A stretch of DNA of 64,000 nucleotides, taken from the NCBI GenBank assembly GCA_965368975.1, contig CBDUPA010000007.1:64001-128000 (forward strand), given 5' to 3'. Source of the DNA: an uncultured bacterium (GTDB lineage Bacteria; Acidobacteriota; Thermoanaerobaculia; Multivoradales; JAHZIX01). Below are positions 19,217 through 29,478 of this stretch, piece after piece. The notes under the pieces were generated by a model. The model was not told where the DNA came from. It saw only the letters and a program-made list of their open reading frames with translations, and did not search any database. Numbering within the stretch: position 1 is the stretch's first letter; every line of letters begins with the position of its first letter. Made by a program: the position numbers and the translations under genes.

Positions 19217-21082
19217 TCAGTTACCTGGTCCTGGTCCTGGGTTGGGCCCTGGCCCTGGATTGGGACCTGGGCCTGGACCTGGATTGGGACCACCGCCCGG
19301 TCCGTTGCCGTCCGGAGGCGGTAGACGCCAGACGTTGGCTGGTAGTTCGTCACCGATACTGGTGTTACGGCGGAGGATGCGCGCCAGACTCTGAGTCTCG
19401 ATCGTCTCGAGGATGTTGGGCGGCAGGTACGCCTGGTACCAGAAGCGGTCGCCGTCACGCAGACGGCGGAACTGGTCGCGCAGTACGCGGTGGAAGGTCT
19501 CGCCGACCATGGCACCTTGGACATGCGGCTCGGCCAAGCCCCCGACCCAGGCGTCGATGTCGTCGACGCTGTCGTAGACCGCCGCCAGGTTGGTCTGGAC
19601 GCTTTGTGACGGGTTGACGTCCGAGAAGTCGCGGGCTCGCGGCAGACCGTAGGCTTCGCGCAGGTCGTTGTAGCTGGCCAGCCCGTGGTCGCGGCCGCGC
19701 TGGATGTTGAGCGCCGCCAGATCGAGACCGCCGGAGCCGGGCGGGCCGAAGAGGAAGTTGCGCACCTCGTCGATCACCAGGCCGTCGACCTCTTGCGCCT
19801 GTTGCACGCAAAGACCGCGCAGCACGGACTCGATGCCTTCATCTTGCAGGTGCTGTGGGTTGAAGAAAGCCTCGACCAGGGACAAGTGCCCGGCCGGGAT
19901 CTCGTTGCCTTCGGCGTCCAGGCGCTGCAACTGGTTGGACAGCATGCTGTGGCCGAAGCGGTAGGCGGCGGTGGCGAACTCGTTGCTGATGCCGGGGTTC
20001 ACGTTGGGGGCGTAGCCGCGGTAGGGTGGCAGGGCGTCCCCGCCGAGCAGCAGGGGCACGAACTCCTTGTAGGTGATGGCCTGGATCTCGGCGGTCACGA
20101 TGGCGCGAGCGCGCTGGTAGATGGTGTTGCCGGTGGCGGTGGGGAAGGCCTCGCGCATCCGGGCAGCCCAGAAGTTGTGCTCGCGAACGAACAGGGTGTG
20201 CATGGCGGTCAGCCCGACCTGTTCGTTGGCGCGGAAGTCGCCGGCCAGGAAGAAGGAGGCGTCGTCGGTCGGGGCGTTGGGCAGGCCATCGGTGTTGAAT
20301 GGCAGCAGGCGACCCTGGCTGAGCTTCAGGCGGCCGGTGCCGTCGAGGGTGCGCAGGGCACGTGCCCGTTCCGGGTCCGAGCCGTAGACGTTGGAGGCGT
20401 CGACGAAGGCGGTGATCTCGTTGACTTGCTGGCGCACGCCGTTGAGCTCGACGTAGAGCGAGCGCTGCAGCGGGATGGTTGCCTCACCGGTGCCAAAGGG
20501 GTCGAACCAGGCATCGCCCAGCGGTACCTCGACCGGGAAGTCCTCAGCCGGATCGACCACCGGCACCAGATCGATGTCGTGGTCGAGGAACTGGCCCCAC
20601 TGCCAGAACATGTCGGTCAGGCGTCGGCGGTTGACGCGTGGTTCGAGCTGCTCGGCGCAGGCGTTGCTGATGGCGCGTGCGCTGGCGCGATCGGCGCCCG
20701 CGGGTTCACCGGTACCATCGGCGTAGTTGGCCGGTGCGCTGCGCCGCAGGGTGATGTCGGTGCTGCCCCAGCGCGGGTGCTCGGCGTTGTTGCCGCGGCC
20801 GTCGATGCTGCGGTACTCGAAGGGGTAGCGGGCTGCCTCGGCGGCGGGGGCCGTCTCACCCGGAGGCGGTGGGGTCTGGGTGCCGTCGCCGCCCTCGGGC
20901 TGGCTTGCTGGGTCTGGCGTCCGCGAGCGATTGGGCTGATTCGGAGTGCGGTCCTGCATCTGCGTTCCGGCCGGTGTGGTCTCCTGAGCGAAGCCGTCCG
21001 GGGCGTAAGCCAGGCTGAGCAGCAGCAGTGCCGCGGCGCAAGCCGTAACCAGTAACAGGTGGGTGAGGAATTTGAAGCGCAT
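19217..21082 (-). CDS. Secreted animal-type heme peroxidase (peroxidase-cyclooxygenase superfamily) with C-terminal Pro-Gly-Asn repeat tail
   Basis: YRSIDGRGNN, WQWGQFLDHD, GDFRANEQ, HTLFVREHN, AAYRFGHS, NIQRGRDHG; signal peptide; RBS GAAAGGAG before ATG 21082. Confidence 0.94.
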   Translation of the reverse strand: MRFKFLTHLLLVTACAAALLLLSLAYAPDGFAQETTPAGTQMQDRTPNQPNRSRTPDPASQPEGGDGTQTPPPPGETAPAAEAARYPFEYRSIDGRGNNAEHPRWGSTDITLRRSAPANYADGTGEPAGADRASARAISNACAEQLEPRVNRRRLTDMFWQWGQFLDHDIDLVPVVDPAEDFPVEVPLGDAWFDPFGTGEATIPLQRSLYVELNGVRQQVNEITAFVDASNVYGSDPERARALRTLDGTGRLKLSQGRLLPFNTDGLPNAPTDDASFFLAGDFRANEQVGLTAMHTLFVREHNFWAARMREAFPTATGNTIYQRARAIVTAEIQAITYKEFVPLLLGGDALPPYRGYAPNVNPGISNEFATAAYRFGHSMLSNQLQRLDAEGNEIPAGHLSLVEAFFNPQHLQDEGIESVLRGLCVQQAQEVDGLVIDEVRNFLFGPPGSGGLDLAALNIQRGRDHGLASYNDLREAYGLPRARDFSDVNPSQSVQTNLAAVYDSVDDIDAWVGGLAEPHVQGAMVGETFHRVLRDQFRRLRDGDRFWYQAYLPPNILETIETQSLARILRRNTSIGDELPANVWRLPPPDGNGPGGGPNPGPGPGPNPGPGPNPGPGPGN

Positions 21083-21144
21083 GTCGGATCTCCTTTCCGT
21101 CATCGATTTCAACGCGCTGGATGCGCGGTACGAGGAGGGTCTAG

Positions 21145-21160
21145 AGCAACCGCTGTGCCA
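21145..21160 (-). promoter_or_regulatory. Sigma-54 (-24/-12) promoter of the peroxidase gene
   Basis: Minus strand TGGCACAGCGGTTGCT matches TGGCAC-N5-TTGCW with exact GG-N10-GC spacing. Confidence 0.85.
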
Positions 21161-21258
21161 GCTCTCTTGTTCTGCTGTAAGTCATTTATTCGAAGATATT
21201 TAGATTTTCTCTCGTGGTGCAAGGGTTGGGCGTGGTCGAGTGCGGTCTGCGGCCCGAG

Positions 21259-21295
21259 TGCGGAATCCGCAGTCTGGACAGTGCAGGATTCGCAC
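21259..21295. promoter_or_regulatory. Two palindromic enhancer-binding-protein sites (upstream activator sequences)
   Basis: TGCGGAATCCGCA (21259-21271) and GTGCAGGATTCGCAC (21281-21295), both TGC-N7-GCA, 100-135 bp upstream of the sigma-54 site, with an AT-rich IHF-like tract between. Confidence 0.65.
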
Positions 21296-21425
21296 TTCTG
21301 TTCTTGGCTGAGTAACAGGGTGAGCAACTCTGATCACGCTTCATCGTATAGGTGTCCAGAGTCTCCTCTTGTCTCGGAAATCGCCGTCGATGCTGGACGG
21401 CTCGTCAAGGAGTGGAAGCGAACCC

Positions 21426-22502
21426 ATGGACCAGCCCAGGGCGCCCGCAGGGCTCTCTCTCATCGACTGCGACGTCCACAACTACCCCAGCACGGTCGAC
21501 GAGCTGCTGCCATTCCTGCCGGCACGCTGGCGGGCCTACGTCGAGCAGAGCGGTTTTACCGAGCCGTGGATCTCGTCGTACCCCAAGATGTTCAAGGCGG
21601 CCGCCCGCCGCGACGCCTGGCCGCCGAGTGGCAAGAATCCCGAGGGCGACGAGCCGTACGCCCGCCAGCGCCTGCTCGACGAGTGGTCGGTCGACTACGG
21701 CGTGCTCAATCCGCTGTACGTGGTCGGCAACGTACACAATCTCGATTTCGCCAGCGCCCTGATGCGTGCGGTCAACGACTGGACCGTCGCCGAGTGGCTC
21801 GACGCCGATCCGCGCTGGCGCGCGTCGATCCTGGTCAACGAGCAGGATCCCGCCGCTTCCGCCGAGGAGATTCGCCGCTGCGCCCGCGATCCACGCTTTG
21901 TCCAGGTGCTGCTGCTCGTGCGCTCGCACGCCCCCTTCGGTCGCCGTCAATTCCACCCTCTCTTCGCCGCTGCCCGCGACGCCGGCTTGCCGATCGGCAT
22001 CCACTTCGGCGGTAGCGGTGCTCCGATCACGGCTTGCGGCTGGCCGTCCTACTACCTGGAAGACCACACGGGCATGGCGCAAGCGTTCCAGACACAGGTC
22101 ATCAGTCTGGTGTGCGAGGGGGTCTTCGAGCACTTCCCGGGTACCCAGGTGGCGCTGGTCGAAGGTGGTTTCGCCTGGCTGCCGTCGCTGATGTGGCGGC
22201 TGGACAAGAATTACAAGGGGCTGCGCGCCGAGGTTCCGTGGCTGAAGAAGCTGCCCAGCGAGTACATCCTCGATGGCTTCCGCGCCACCACGCAGCCGAT
22301 GGAAGAACCGCCGAACCCCAAGCACCTCTTGGATCTGTTCGACATGATCGGTCGCGACGACTTCCTGATGTTCGCCACCGACTACCCTCATTGGGATTTC
22401 GACTCTCCTCGCGATGCTCTGCCGCCGATCCTCGATGGTGAGCTGAAGCGTCGCATTCTGGTCGACAACGCCTGGAGCTTCTATGACTTCGAGCGTACTT
22501 GA
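21426..22502 (+). CDS. Amidohydrolase family protein (Amidohydro_2 type)
   Basis: IDCDVH, GLPIGIHFGG, LVEGGFAW, MFATDYPHWDFD. Confidence 0.92.
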   Translation: MDQPRAPAGLSLIDCDVHNYPSTVDELLPFLPARWRAYVEQSGFTEPWISSYPKMFKAAARRDAWPPSGKNPEGDEPYARQRLLDEWSVDYGVLNPLYVVGNVHNLDFASALMRAVNDWTVAEWLDADPRWRASILVNEQDPAASAEEIRRCARDPRFVQVLLLVRSHAPFGRRQFHPLFAAARDAGLPIGIHFGGSGAPITACGWPSYYLEDHTGMAQAFQTQVISLVCEGVFEHFPGTQVALVEGGFAWLPSLMWRLDKNYKGLRAEVPWLKKLPSEYILDGFRATTQPMEEPPNPKHLLDLFDMIGRDDFLMFATDYPHWDFDSPRDALPPILDGELKRRILVDNAWSFYDFERT

Positions 22503-22974
22503 ACCGCCCGTGGAAACGTCGAGACAGCAGCCGGCCCAGCGTGGGCTGGTGGATGTCGGTGCCGTCAGCGACTTCGTGTCGGGGCAGCCGACGCGCGTCG
22601 AGGGAGGCGGCCGTGCCCTGGTGGTGGTGCGCAGGGGCGACGAGTTCTTTGCCCTGCGCGACATCTGTCCCCACCAGCGTGCACGTCTTTCCGCCGGGAC
22701 GGTGAGTGGGACGTCGCTGCCGTGCCGGGTTGGCGAGACGGTACCCTGGGGGCGCGAAGGTGAGATTGTCAGCTGCCCCTGGCACGGCTGGGAGTTCGAC
22801 CTGCGCACCGGCCGCAGCCTGGCCGACCCACACCGCGTCCGCGTGCGCTGCTATCCTGTCCGCGTTTCCGATGGTCGCGTCTGGGTCGACGTGCGAACGC
22901 GTTCCGTTCGGCCTGTGTCTCCAACGTCAGACTTCTGTCCTACCGCTTGTTCCCCTCCTTCTTCTCCGGCATAG
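22483..22974 (+). CDS. Rieske [2Fe-2S] ferredoxin-like protein
   Basis: CPHQ...CPWHGWEFDLRTG; start uncertain. Confidence 0.88.
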   Translation: MTSSVLEPPVETSRQQPAQRGLVDVGAVSDFVSGQPTRVEGGGRALVVVRRGDEFFALRDICPHQRARLSAGTVSGTSLPCRVGETVPWGREGEIVSCPWHGWEFDLRTGRSLADPHRVRVRCYPVRVSDGRVWVDVRTRSVRPVSPTSDFCPTACSPPSSPA

Positions 22975-23113
22975 TCTTCAATAGACGTTGTCACAGCATG
23001 CGCTGAAAGGCTCTCTCTGAATCCGTTCCCGGTGTCCGTGTCGAACTGCACTGACGTCCGGGCTCGAATGGATTCTGGGCCTGGCTTCGACCGAGGAAGG
23101 ACGCTCCCTAGAC

Positions 23114-24463
23114 ATGAGAATCGCGATCATTGGCACGGGGATCTCCGGCATGGTGGCGGCGTATCTGCTGCACCGTGAGCATGAGATCACCGTCTTCGAG
23201 GCCAACGACTACATCGGTGGGCACACAGATACCCACGAGATCGATGTCGAGGGGCGGACATACAACGTCGACACCGGGTTCATCGTCTGCAACGACCGCA
23301 CCTACCCGGCCTTTCTGTGCCTGATGGAACATCTCGGTGTCGAGCTACAGGCGACCGAAATGAGCTTCAGTGTGCGCTGTGACCGGACCGGGTTGGAGTA
23401 CAACGGGCACAATCTCGACACCCTCTTCGCGCAGCGTTCCAACCTGCTCAAGCCCGGTTTCTACCGTATGCTGGCGGACATCCTGCGCTTCAATCGCGAC
23501 GCGCAGCGGCGTCTCGAAGACGGCACGCTGCCGGCGACGCTGGGCGAGCTGGCGGCGGAGGGACGTTACGGCGAGCGGCTGTGGCAGCATTACCTGGTGC
23601 CGATGGGCGCGGCGATCTGGTCGTCGAGCTTGGCGCGGATGCGGGAATTTCCGGCACCGTTATTCGTCCGCTTTCTGCGCAACCACGGCCTGCTGCAGAT
23701 CCTCGACCGACCGTGCTGGCGGGTGGTGAAGGGCGGTTCGGCGCGCTACGTGGACAAGCTGACGGCGGAGTTTCGCCACCGCATCCGCCTGAACACACCG
23801 ATCGAGGCAGTGCAGCGTGACCCCCGCACCGTGCGCAACGGCATCACGGTGGTGCCCCGGCAGGGCGACTCAGAGCACTTCGACCGTGTGGTGCTGGCCG
23901 TTCACAGCGACCAGGCACTGGCGCTGCTCGGCGACGGTGCCGACGGGCGGGAACGCGAAGTGCTCGGCGCCTTCGCGTACCAGCCCAACGAGGCCGTGCT
24001 ACACACCGACACGCGGCTATTGCCGCGACGGCGGCGCGCCTGGGCGAGCTGGAACTACCATCTCACCGCAGGTGATGCGGCCGAGGATCGAGCCCGCTCC
24101 GCGACGCTGACCTACAACATGAACATCCTGCAGGGGCTCGACGCGCCGGAGACCTTCTGCGTCACGCTCAACGAGAGGGACGCGATCGATCCATCCAAGG
24201 TGCTCGAGCGTCTGCAGTACGCGCATCCGGTCTACACGCCCGAAGCCGCTGCGGCGCAGCTGCGCCACGACGAGCTCAACGGTCCCAACCATACCTACTT
24301 CTGCGGTGCCTACTGGGCCAACGGCTTCCACGAGGACGGCGTGCAGAGCGCGCTGCGGGTAGGGCGCTGCTTCGGCATCACGCTGGAGCGTGCGCTGCGC
24401 GGACGGCTGGTGACAGTGCAGTCGCTGCTCGACGTGGGGGACGAGTTACGGGGCGTCGCCTGA
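23114..24463 (+). CDS. FAD-dependent oxidoreductase (amine oxidase family) of cfa-type lipid-modification clusters
   Basis: IAIIGTGISG, VDTGFIV, AWASWNY, GAYWANGFHEDG. Confidence 0.92.
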   Translation: MRIAIIGTGISGMVAAYLLHREHEITVFEANDYIGGHTDTHEIDVEGRTYNVDTGFIVCNDRTYPAFLCLMEHLGVELQATEMSFSVRCDRTGLEYNGHNLDTLFAQRSNLLKPGFYRMLADILRFNRDAQRRLEDGTLPATLGELAAEGRYGERLWQHYLVPMGAAIWSSSLARMREFPAPLFVRFLRNHGLLQILDRPCWRVVKGGSARYVDKLTAEFRHRIRLNTPIEAVQRDPRTVRNGITVVPRQGDSEHFDRVVLAVHSDQALALLGDGADGREREVLGAFAYQPNEAVLHTDTRLLPRRRRAWASWNYHLTAGDAAEDRARSATLTYNMNILQGLDAPETFCVTLNERDAIDPSKVLERLQYAHPVYTPEAAAAQLRHDELNGPNHTYFCGAYWANGFHEDGVQSALRVGRCFGITLERALRGRLVTVQSLLDVGDELRGVA

Positions 24464-25359
24464 TGCAAGCCAGTGCCCTCTACGAAGGCTGGGTACGGCA
24501 CCGGCGCGTGGCGCCCAAGGAGCACGCGTTTCGTTACAAGCTGTTCCTGCTCTACCTCGACCTCGATGAGCTGGAGCTGCACGGCGACGCACTCTTCGAT
24601 GGCCATCCTCTGTGGTCGACACGGCCCGGAGCAGGGTTCTGGAAGCTGGCACGCTACAGGCGCTCGGACTATCTGGGTGATCCGGCCGTGCCGCTCAAGC
24701 AGGCGGTTCTCGACTTGGTCGAGGCGCGCAGCGGGGAGCGGCCGGACGGGGCGGTGCGCATGTTGAGTCACGTGCGCAACTTCGGCTACGTCTTCAACCC
24801 GGTGACCTTCTACTACTGCTACGCCGCCGCGAGTGAGGAGGTGCGGGACGCAGGCCACGAACCCCTGCGTGCGATCGTGGCCGAGATTCACAACACGCCC
24901 TGGGGCGAGCGTTACAGCTACGTCCTGCATGCAGATGTGCCCGAGGTCGAAGCTGAGGTCGAGGCCGAAGGAGAGGCCAACGGAGAGCCACGTGAGCCCC
25001 GCACGCTGGGCTTCCTCCACGATAAGGCCTTCCACGTCTCACCCTTCATGGACATGGACCAGGACTACCGCTGGCGCTTCACGCCGCCGGACGAAGCCCT
25101 GGTCGTGCACATCGAGAACATGCGCTTCGGCGCCGCCGAGCGGCACTTCGACGTCACCCTCAGCCTGCGCCGCCTACCGCTCAGCCGTCGCGCCCTGACC
25201 GGCGTCCTGCTGCGCTACCCGCTCATGACCGCCAAGGTGACGGTGGCGATCTACTGGCAGGCGCTACGGCTTGTACTCAAGCGCTTGCCGTTCTACCCCC
25301 ACCCGAGAAAGCGGCCGATCGCCGCCGACAATCTGAAGAAAGAAGGAGCGTCCTCGTGA
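24463..25359 (+). CDS. DUF1365 family protein
   Basis: LYEGWVRHRR, FNPVTFYYC, AEIHNTPWGERYSY, KAFHVSPF, IYWQALRL. Confidence 0.93.
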   Translation: MQASALYEGWVRHRRVAPKEHAFRYKLFLLYLDLDELELHGDALFDGHPLWSTRPGAGFWKLARYRRSDYLGDPAVPLKQAVLDLVEARSGERPDGAVRMLSHVRNFGYVFNPVTFYYCYAAASEEVRDAGHEPLRAIVAEIHNTPWGERYSYVLHADVPEVEAEVEAEGEANGEPREPRTLGFLHDKAFHVSPFMDMDQDYRWRFTPPDEALVVHIENMRFGAAERHFDVTLSLRRLPLSRRALTGVLLRYPLMTAKVTVAIYWQALRLVLKRLPFYPHPRKRPIAADNLKKEGASS

Positions 25360-26771
25360 GTCGGAGCCCTTACGGTCCGCGCAAAGAGTCTGCCCTGACG
25401 GAAGACCTGCCCGCCCTGTTGCCGCAATCGCGCCAGCACGAGCAGCTACGTGGCGCCTGGCTCAACCAGTTGGCCCGGCGTCTGCTGGTACCGCGCCTGG
25501 AGAGCATCCGTGATGGCCAGCTGACACTGATCGACAGTGACCAGCGCTGGACCGTTGGTGAGTGCACCCAACCCAGCGACTCGATGGAGGCGGGTTTGGC
25601 GGCGCAAGTCCACGTTCACGATCCGCGGTTCTACGGCGCGGTGGCCTTCGGTGGTGCGGTGGGGGCGGGAGAAGCGTACATCCATGGTTGGTGGAGCGCC
25701 GACGACTTGGTGGCCGTGGTGCGCTTGCTGGCGCGCAACCGCGAAGCGCTGGATGGCATGGAGCGCGGTACCGCTCGCCTGACGCAGCCGCTGCGCAAGC
25801 TCTTCCACTTCCTGCACCGCAACACGCGTGCCGGTAGCCGTCGTAACATCGCCGCGCACTACGACCTGGGAAACGACTTCTACCGCCTGTTCCTGGATCC
25901 GACGCTGATGTACTCGTGCGCGCTGTTCGCAGAGGAGGCGCCCGCCGAGGACCAGCCCGCCGATCCCGATGCGGTGCTCCACCAGGCGTCCCTCGCCAAG
26001 CTCGATCTGATCTGTCGCAAACTGGAGCTGCAGCCGAACGACGAGGTGGTCGAGATCGGTACCGGCTGGGGCGGTTTCGCCGTCCATGCCGCTGAACACT
26101 ACGGCTGCCGTGTCACGACGACCACCATCTCCGCCGAGCAGTACGACTATGCCGTCGAGCGCGTGCGCCGAGCCGGTCTGGAAGAGCGAGTGACGGTGAT
26201 CCGCGAGGACTACCGCGACCTCGTCGAGCGGCTGGGTGTGCGTCGCCAGGAGGGCGGCCGCTTCGACAAGCTGGTGTCGATCGAGATGATCGAGGCGGTC
26301 GGTCACAACTACCTGGACGCGTACTTCGCCACTGTCAGCACGCTGCTGAAGCCGGACGGCATGGCGCTGATCCAGGCGATCACCATGGCCGACGACCAGT
26401 ACGAGCGCTACCGTCACGGCGTCGACTTCATCCAGCGCTACATCTTCCCAGGCAGCCTGCTGCCCTCGGTGGCGTCGATGAGTGCCAGCCTGGCGCGTAC
26501 CAGTGACCTGCGCCTCTTCCACCTGCACGACATCACGCCGCACTACGCGCTCACTCTGCACCACTGGCGCCGCCGCTTCTTCGCCCGTCTCGACGCGGTG
26601 CAGGCGCTGGGCTTTTCCGAGGACTTCTGCCGCATGTGGGACTACTACCTGTGCTATTGCGAGGGCGCCTTCGCCGAGCGCGTGATCGGCGACGTGCAGC
26701 TGCTGCTCACCAAGCCGCGCTGCCGACGCGCCCCGATCGGCACCGACCTGACGTCGCGGGAGCCGAACTGA
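25356..26771 (+). CDS. cfa: Cyclopropane-fatty-acyl-phospholipid synthase family SAM methyltransferase
   Basis: [56 protein letters not shown]. Confidence 0.92.
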   Translation: MSRSPYGPRKESALTEDLPALLPQSRQHEQLRGAWLNQLARRLLVPRLESIRDGQLTLIDSDQRWTVGECTQPSDSMEAGLAAQVHVHDPRFYGAVAFGGAVGAGEAYIHGWWSADDLVAVVRLLARNREALDGMERGTARLTQPLRKLFHFLHRNTRAGSRRNIAAHYDLGNDFYRLFLDPTLMYSCALFAEEAPAEDQPADPDAVLHQASLAKLDLICRKLELQPNDEVVEIGTGWGGFAVHAAEHYGCRVTTTTISAEQYDYAVERVRRAGLEERVTVIREDYRDLVERLGVRRQEGGRFDKLVSIEMIEAVGHNYLDAYFATVSTLLKPDGMALIQAITMADDQYERYRHGVDFIQRYIFPGSLLPSVASMSASLARTSDLRLFHLHDITPHYALTLHHWRRRFFARLDAVQALGFSEDFCRMWDYYLCYCEGAFAERVIGDVQLLLTKPRCRRAPIGTDLTSREPN

Positions 26772-27826
26772 TGGTCGCCAGCGGCTTCGTCGCCGGTCTG
26801 ATCGAGCTGATCGAGCGTGGCTGGCTGCCGGACCCGCTGGTGCGTGCCGGCATCCGCGGACTGCTGCGCGGACGGCTGCGCAAGCTGGAGCTGGGCGACG
26901 TCGAAGCCGAGCGGCAGGCACTGGCCGGGATCGTCGATGAGCTGCGCGAGAGTCCGATCGCGGTCGAGACCGACGCCGCCAACGAGCAGCACTACGAGGT
27001 CCCGCCGGCCTTCTTCGAACGTGTGCTCGGACCGCACCTGAAGTACAGCGGGTGCCTGTTCGAATCAGGCGTCGCTGACCTGGGGCAGGCCGAGGCCGCC
27101 ATGCTGCGCTTGACCTGCCAGCGCGCGGGTCTCGAGGACGGGCAACGCATTCTCGAACTCGGCTGTGGCTGGGGTTCCCTGACACTGTGGATGGCCGAGC
27201 ACTATCCCGGCAGCCAGATCACCGCGGTCTCCAACTCGTCAGGGCAGCGCAAGTTCATCGAAGCGCGTGCCGCCAAGCGCGGCCTCGACAACGTGCAGGT
27301 GGTGACGGCCGACGTCAACCACTTCGATCCTCCCAGCACCAGCCGTCCGTTCGATCGCGTGGTCAGCGTCGAGATGTTCGAACACATGCGGAACTACCAG
27401 ACGCTGCTGTCGCGCATCACGGGTTGGTTGAAGCCGGGCGGCAAGCTCTTCGTCCACATCTTCTGCCACCGTGAGCATGCCTACTATTTCGAGACCGAGG
27501 GTGCCAGCAACTGGATGGGTCGCTACTTCTTCACCGGCGGCATCATGCCCTCCGACGATCTCTTGCTCTACTTCCAGCGCGACCTGTCGATCGAACGGCA
27601 CTGGCGGGTCAACGGCCGCCACTACGAGGCGACCTCCAACGCCTGGCTCGCCAACCTCGACGCCCACCGCGGCGAGATCCGGCAGCTGTTCGCGGATGTC
27701 TACGGTGAGGCCGACGCCGACCGCTGGGTCGTCCGCTGGAGGCTCTTCTTCCTGGCTTGTGCGGAACTGTTCGGCTATCGAGAGGGCGAAGAGTGGTGGG
27801 TGAGCCACTATCTCTTTGTCAAGTAG
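26771..27826 (+). CDS. Second Cfa-like class I SAM-dependent methyltransferase
   Basis: [45 protein letters not shown]. Confidence 0.92.
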   Translation: MVASGFVAGLIELIERGWLPDPLVRAGIRGLLRGRLRKLELGDVEAERQALAGIVDELRESPIAVETDAANEQHYEVPPAFFERVLGPHLKYSGCLFESGVADLGQAEAAMLRLTCQRAGLEDGQRILELGCGWGSLTLWMAEHYPGSQITAVSNSSGQRKFIEARAAKRGLDNVQVVTADVNHFDPPSTSRPFDRVVSVEMFEHMRNYQTLLSRITGWLKPGGKLFVHIFCHREHAYYFETEGASNWMGRYFFTGGIMPSDDLLLYFQRDLSIERHWRVNGRHYEATSNAWLANLDAHRGEIRQLFADVYGEADADRWVVRWRLFFLACAELFGYREGEEWWVSHYLFVK

Positions 27827-27889
27827 GGTTTCTCGTCAAGTAGGTGTTTCTTTCGCCGAGGATGTGGGCGCTGAGATAAGCTCTGCGGC

Positions 27890-29452
27890 ATGCCGCAGCT
27901 AGACAACGACCACGCTTCCGACCTTCGAACCCCCGATATTCGAACCTTGGTGCGCCGCCTGGACAAGCCGCCGGCCGATTGGCAGCGTCGCGATCTGGTG
28001 CGCTTGTGCCTGGACGAAGATATCCGGGTGGTCAACTTTCGCTTCCCGTCGCTGGACGGCAAGCTGCGCGAGCTGCGCCTGCCGGTCAACAATGCGGCCT
28101 ACCTGGATCGCATCCTGGCGGCGGGTGAGCGGGTCGACGGTTCGAGCTTGTTTCCCGGGTTGTTCGCCACCGGTGAGAGCGATCTCTACGCCGTGCCGGT
28201 GTATCGCTGGGCCTTCCTCAACCCCTTCGCCGAAGACGAGCTCGACATCGTGTGTCGCTTCGCCGACCGCAACGGTGAACCGGCGGCGCAGACGCCCGAC
28301 ACGCTGCTCGCGCACGCCTGTAGCAGCTTGCAGCAAGACGTGGGCGTGGAGTTGCGGGCTCTGGCCGAGCTGGAGTTCTACCTCGTCCTCGACCGTCCGG
28401 ACGATCGCTTCACGGCGCGCAGCCAACGCAACTACCAGCAGAGTGCGCCCTACGTGCACGGCCGCGAGATCGTCGACGACATGCTGCGTTCGCTGTCGGA
28501 GATCTGCGGTGCCGTCAAGTACGGGCACAGCGAAGTAGGCGTCATTGATCGCCTGGGCTCTGAAGAAGCAGAGCTGGAGGGGCGGCGGGTGGAGCAGTAC
28601 GAGTTGGAGTTCGACTTGCTGCCCATGACCGATCTGGGTTGCTGGTTGACCGTTGCGCGCTGGCTGGTGCGAGCCCTGGCGGCACAGCATGGTGCCTCGG
28701 TGACCTTCGTGCCCAAGCTCGACGAAGGCATGGCCGGCAACGGTATGCATTTGCACCTGGCGACCTATCGCGGAGGTGTCAACACGATCCGAGGTGCCGA
28801 CGGGGAGCTGTCGTCCGACGCGCTGCGCATGATCGGTGGCTTGCTGCGGCGAGCGGGCGTCCTCACCGCTTTCGGCAACACTGTGGCGGCCAGCTACCTG
28901 CGCCTGGTGCCCGGGCAGGAAGCGCCGACGCACCTGTCTTGGGGCGAGCGAGATCGCTCCAGTCTACTGCGGGTGCCCCTGAGTTTCGATACTCCCGAGC
29001 GCCTGGACAAGCTATTCAACCCTCTCGAGACGGCCCCGTATCCGGCGAACTTGGCGCGCCCGACGGTGGAGCTGCGTAGCCCCGACGGCAGTGCCCTGCC
29101 TCTGCCCTTGCTGGCGGCGGTGACCACCGTGGTGGCAGACGCCCTGGCAGACCCGGTGGCCGAAGAGCTTGCGCGCCGTCTGCGGGTACGGCCGGGAGAG
29201 GCCGCGACGGGCGTGCCCGCTGAAGACGTGCCTGCGCTCCCGGTGTCCGCCGTCGAGGCGGCCGAGCTGTTGCAGGCCGATCGCGCGTACTTCGAGCAGC
29301 GCGGTTTCGAGCCACGGTTGCTCGATGCGCTGTTGGCCAAGCTGAGAGCCGAAGGCGACGGTGACCTGGAGGAACGCTTGCGGCGACTGCCGGCGGCCGA
29401 CCGTCTGCGGGCCAGCCGCCGGGCGATGCACAAAGACATTCACAAGCACTAG
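27890..29452 (+). CDS. Glutamine synthetase family protein
   Basis: RVDGSSLF, ELEFYL, HSEVG, TFVPK, GNGMHLH, SYLRLVPGQEAP, ELRSPDG. Confidence 0.88.
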   Translation: MPQLDNDHASDLRTPDIRTLVRRLDKPPADWQRRDLVRLCLDEDIRVVNFRFPSLDGKLRELRLPVNNAAYLDRILAAGERVDGSSLFPGLFATGESDLYAVPVYRWAFLNPFAEDELDIVCRFADRNGEPAAQTPDTLLAHACSSLQQDVGVELRALAELEFYLVLDRPDDRFTARSQRNYQQSAPYVHGREIVDDMLRSLSEICGAVKYGHSEVGVIDRLGSEEAELEGRRVEQYELEFDLLPMTDLGCWLTVARWLVRALAAQHGASVTFVPKLDEGMAGNGMHLHLATYRGGVNTIRGADGELSSDALRMIGGLLRRAGVLTAFGNTVAASYLRLVPGQEAPTHLSWGERDRSSLLRVPLSFDTPERLDKLFNPLETAPYPANLARPTVELRSPDGSALPLPLLAAVTTVVADALADPVAEELARRLRVRPGEAATGVPAEDVPALPVSAVEAAELLQADRAYFEQRGFEPRLLDALLAKLRAEGDGDLEERLRRLPAADRLRASRRAMHKDIHKH

Positions 29453-29478
29453 CGGCGCGAGGGGCTACATCCCCAGCA

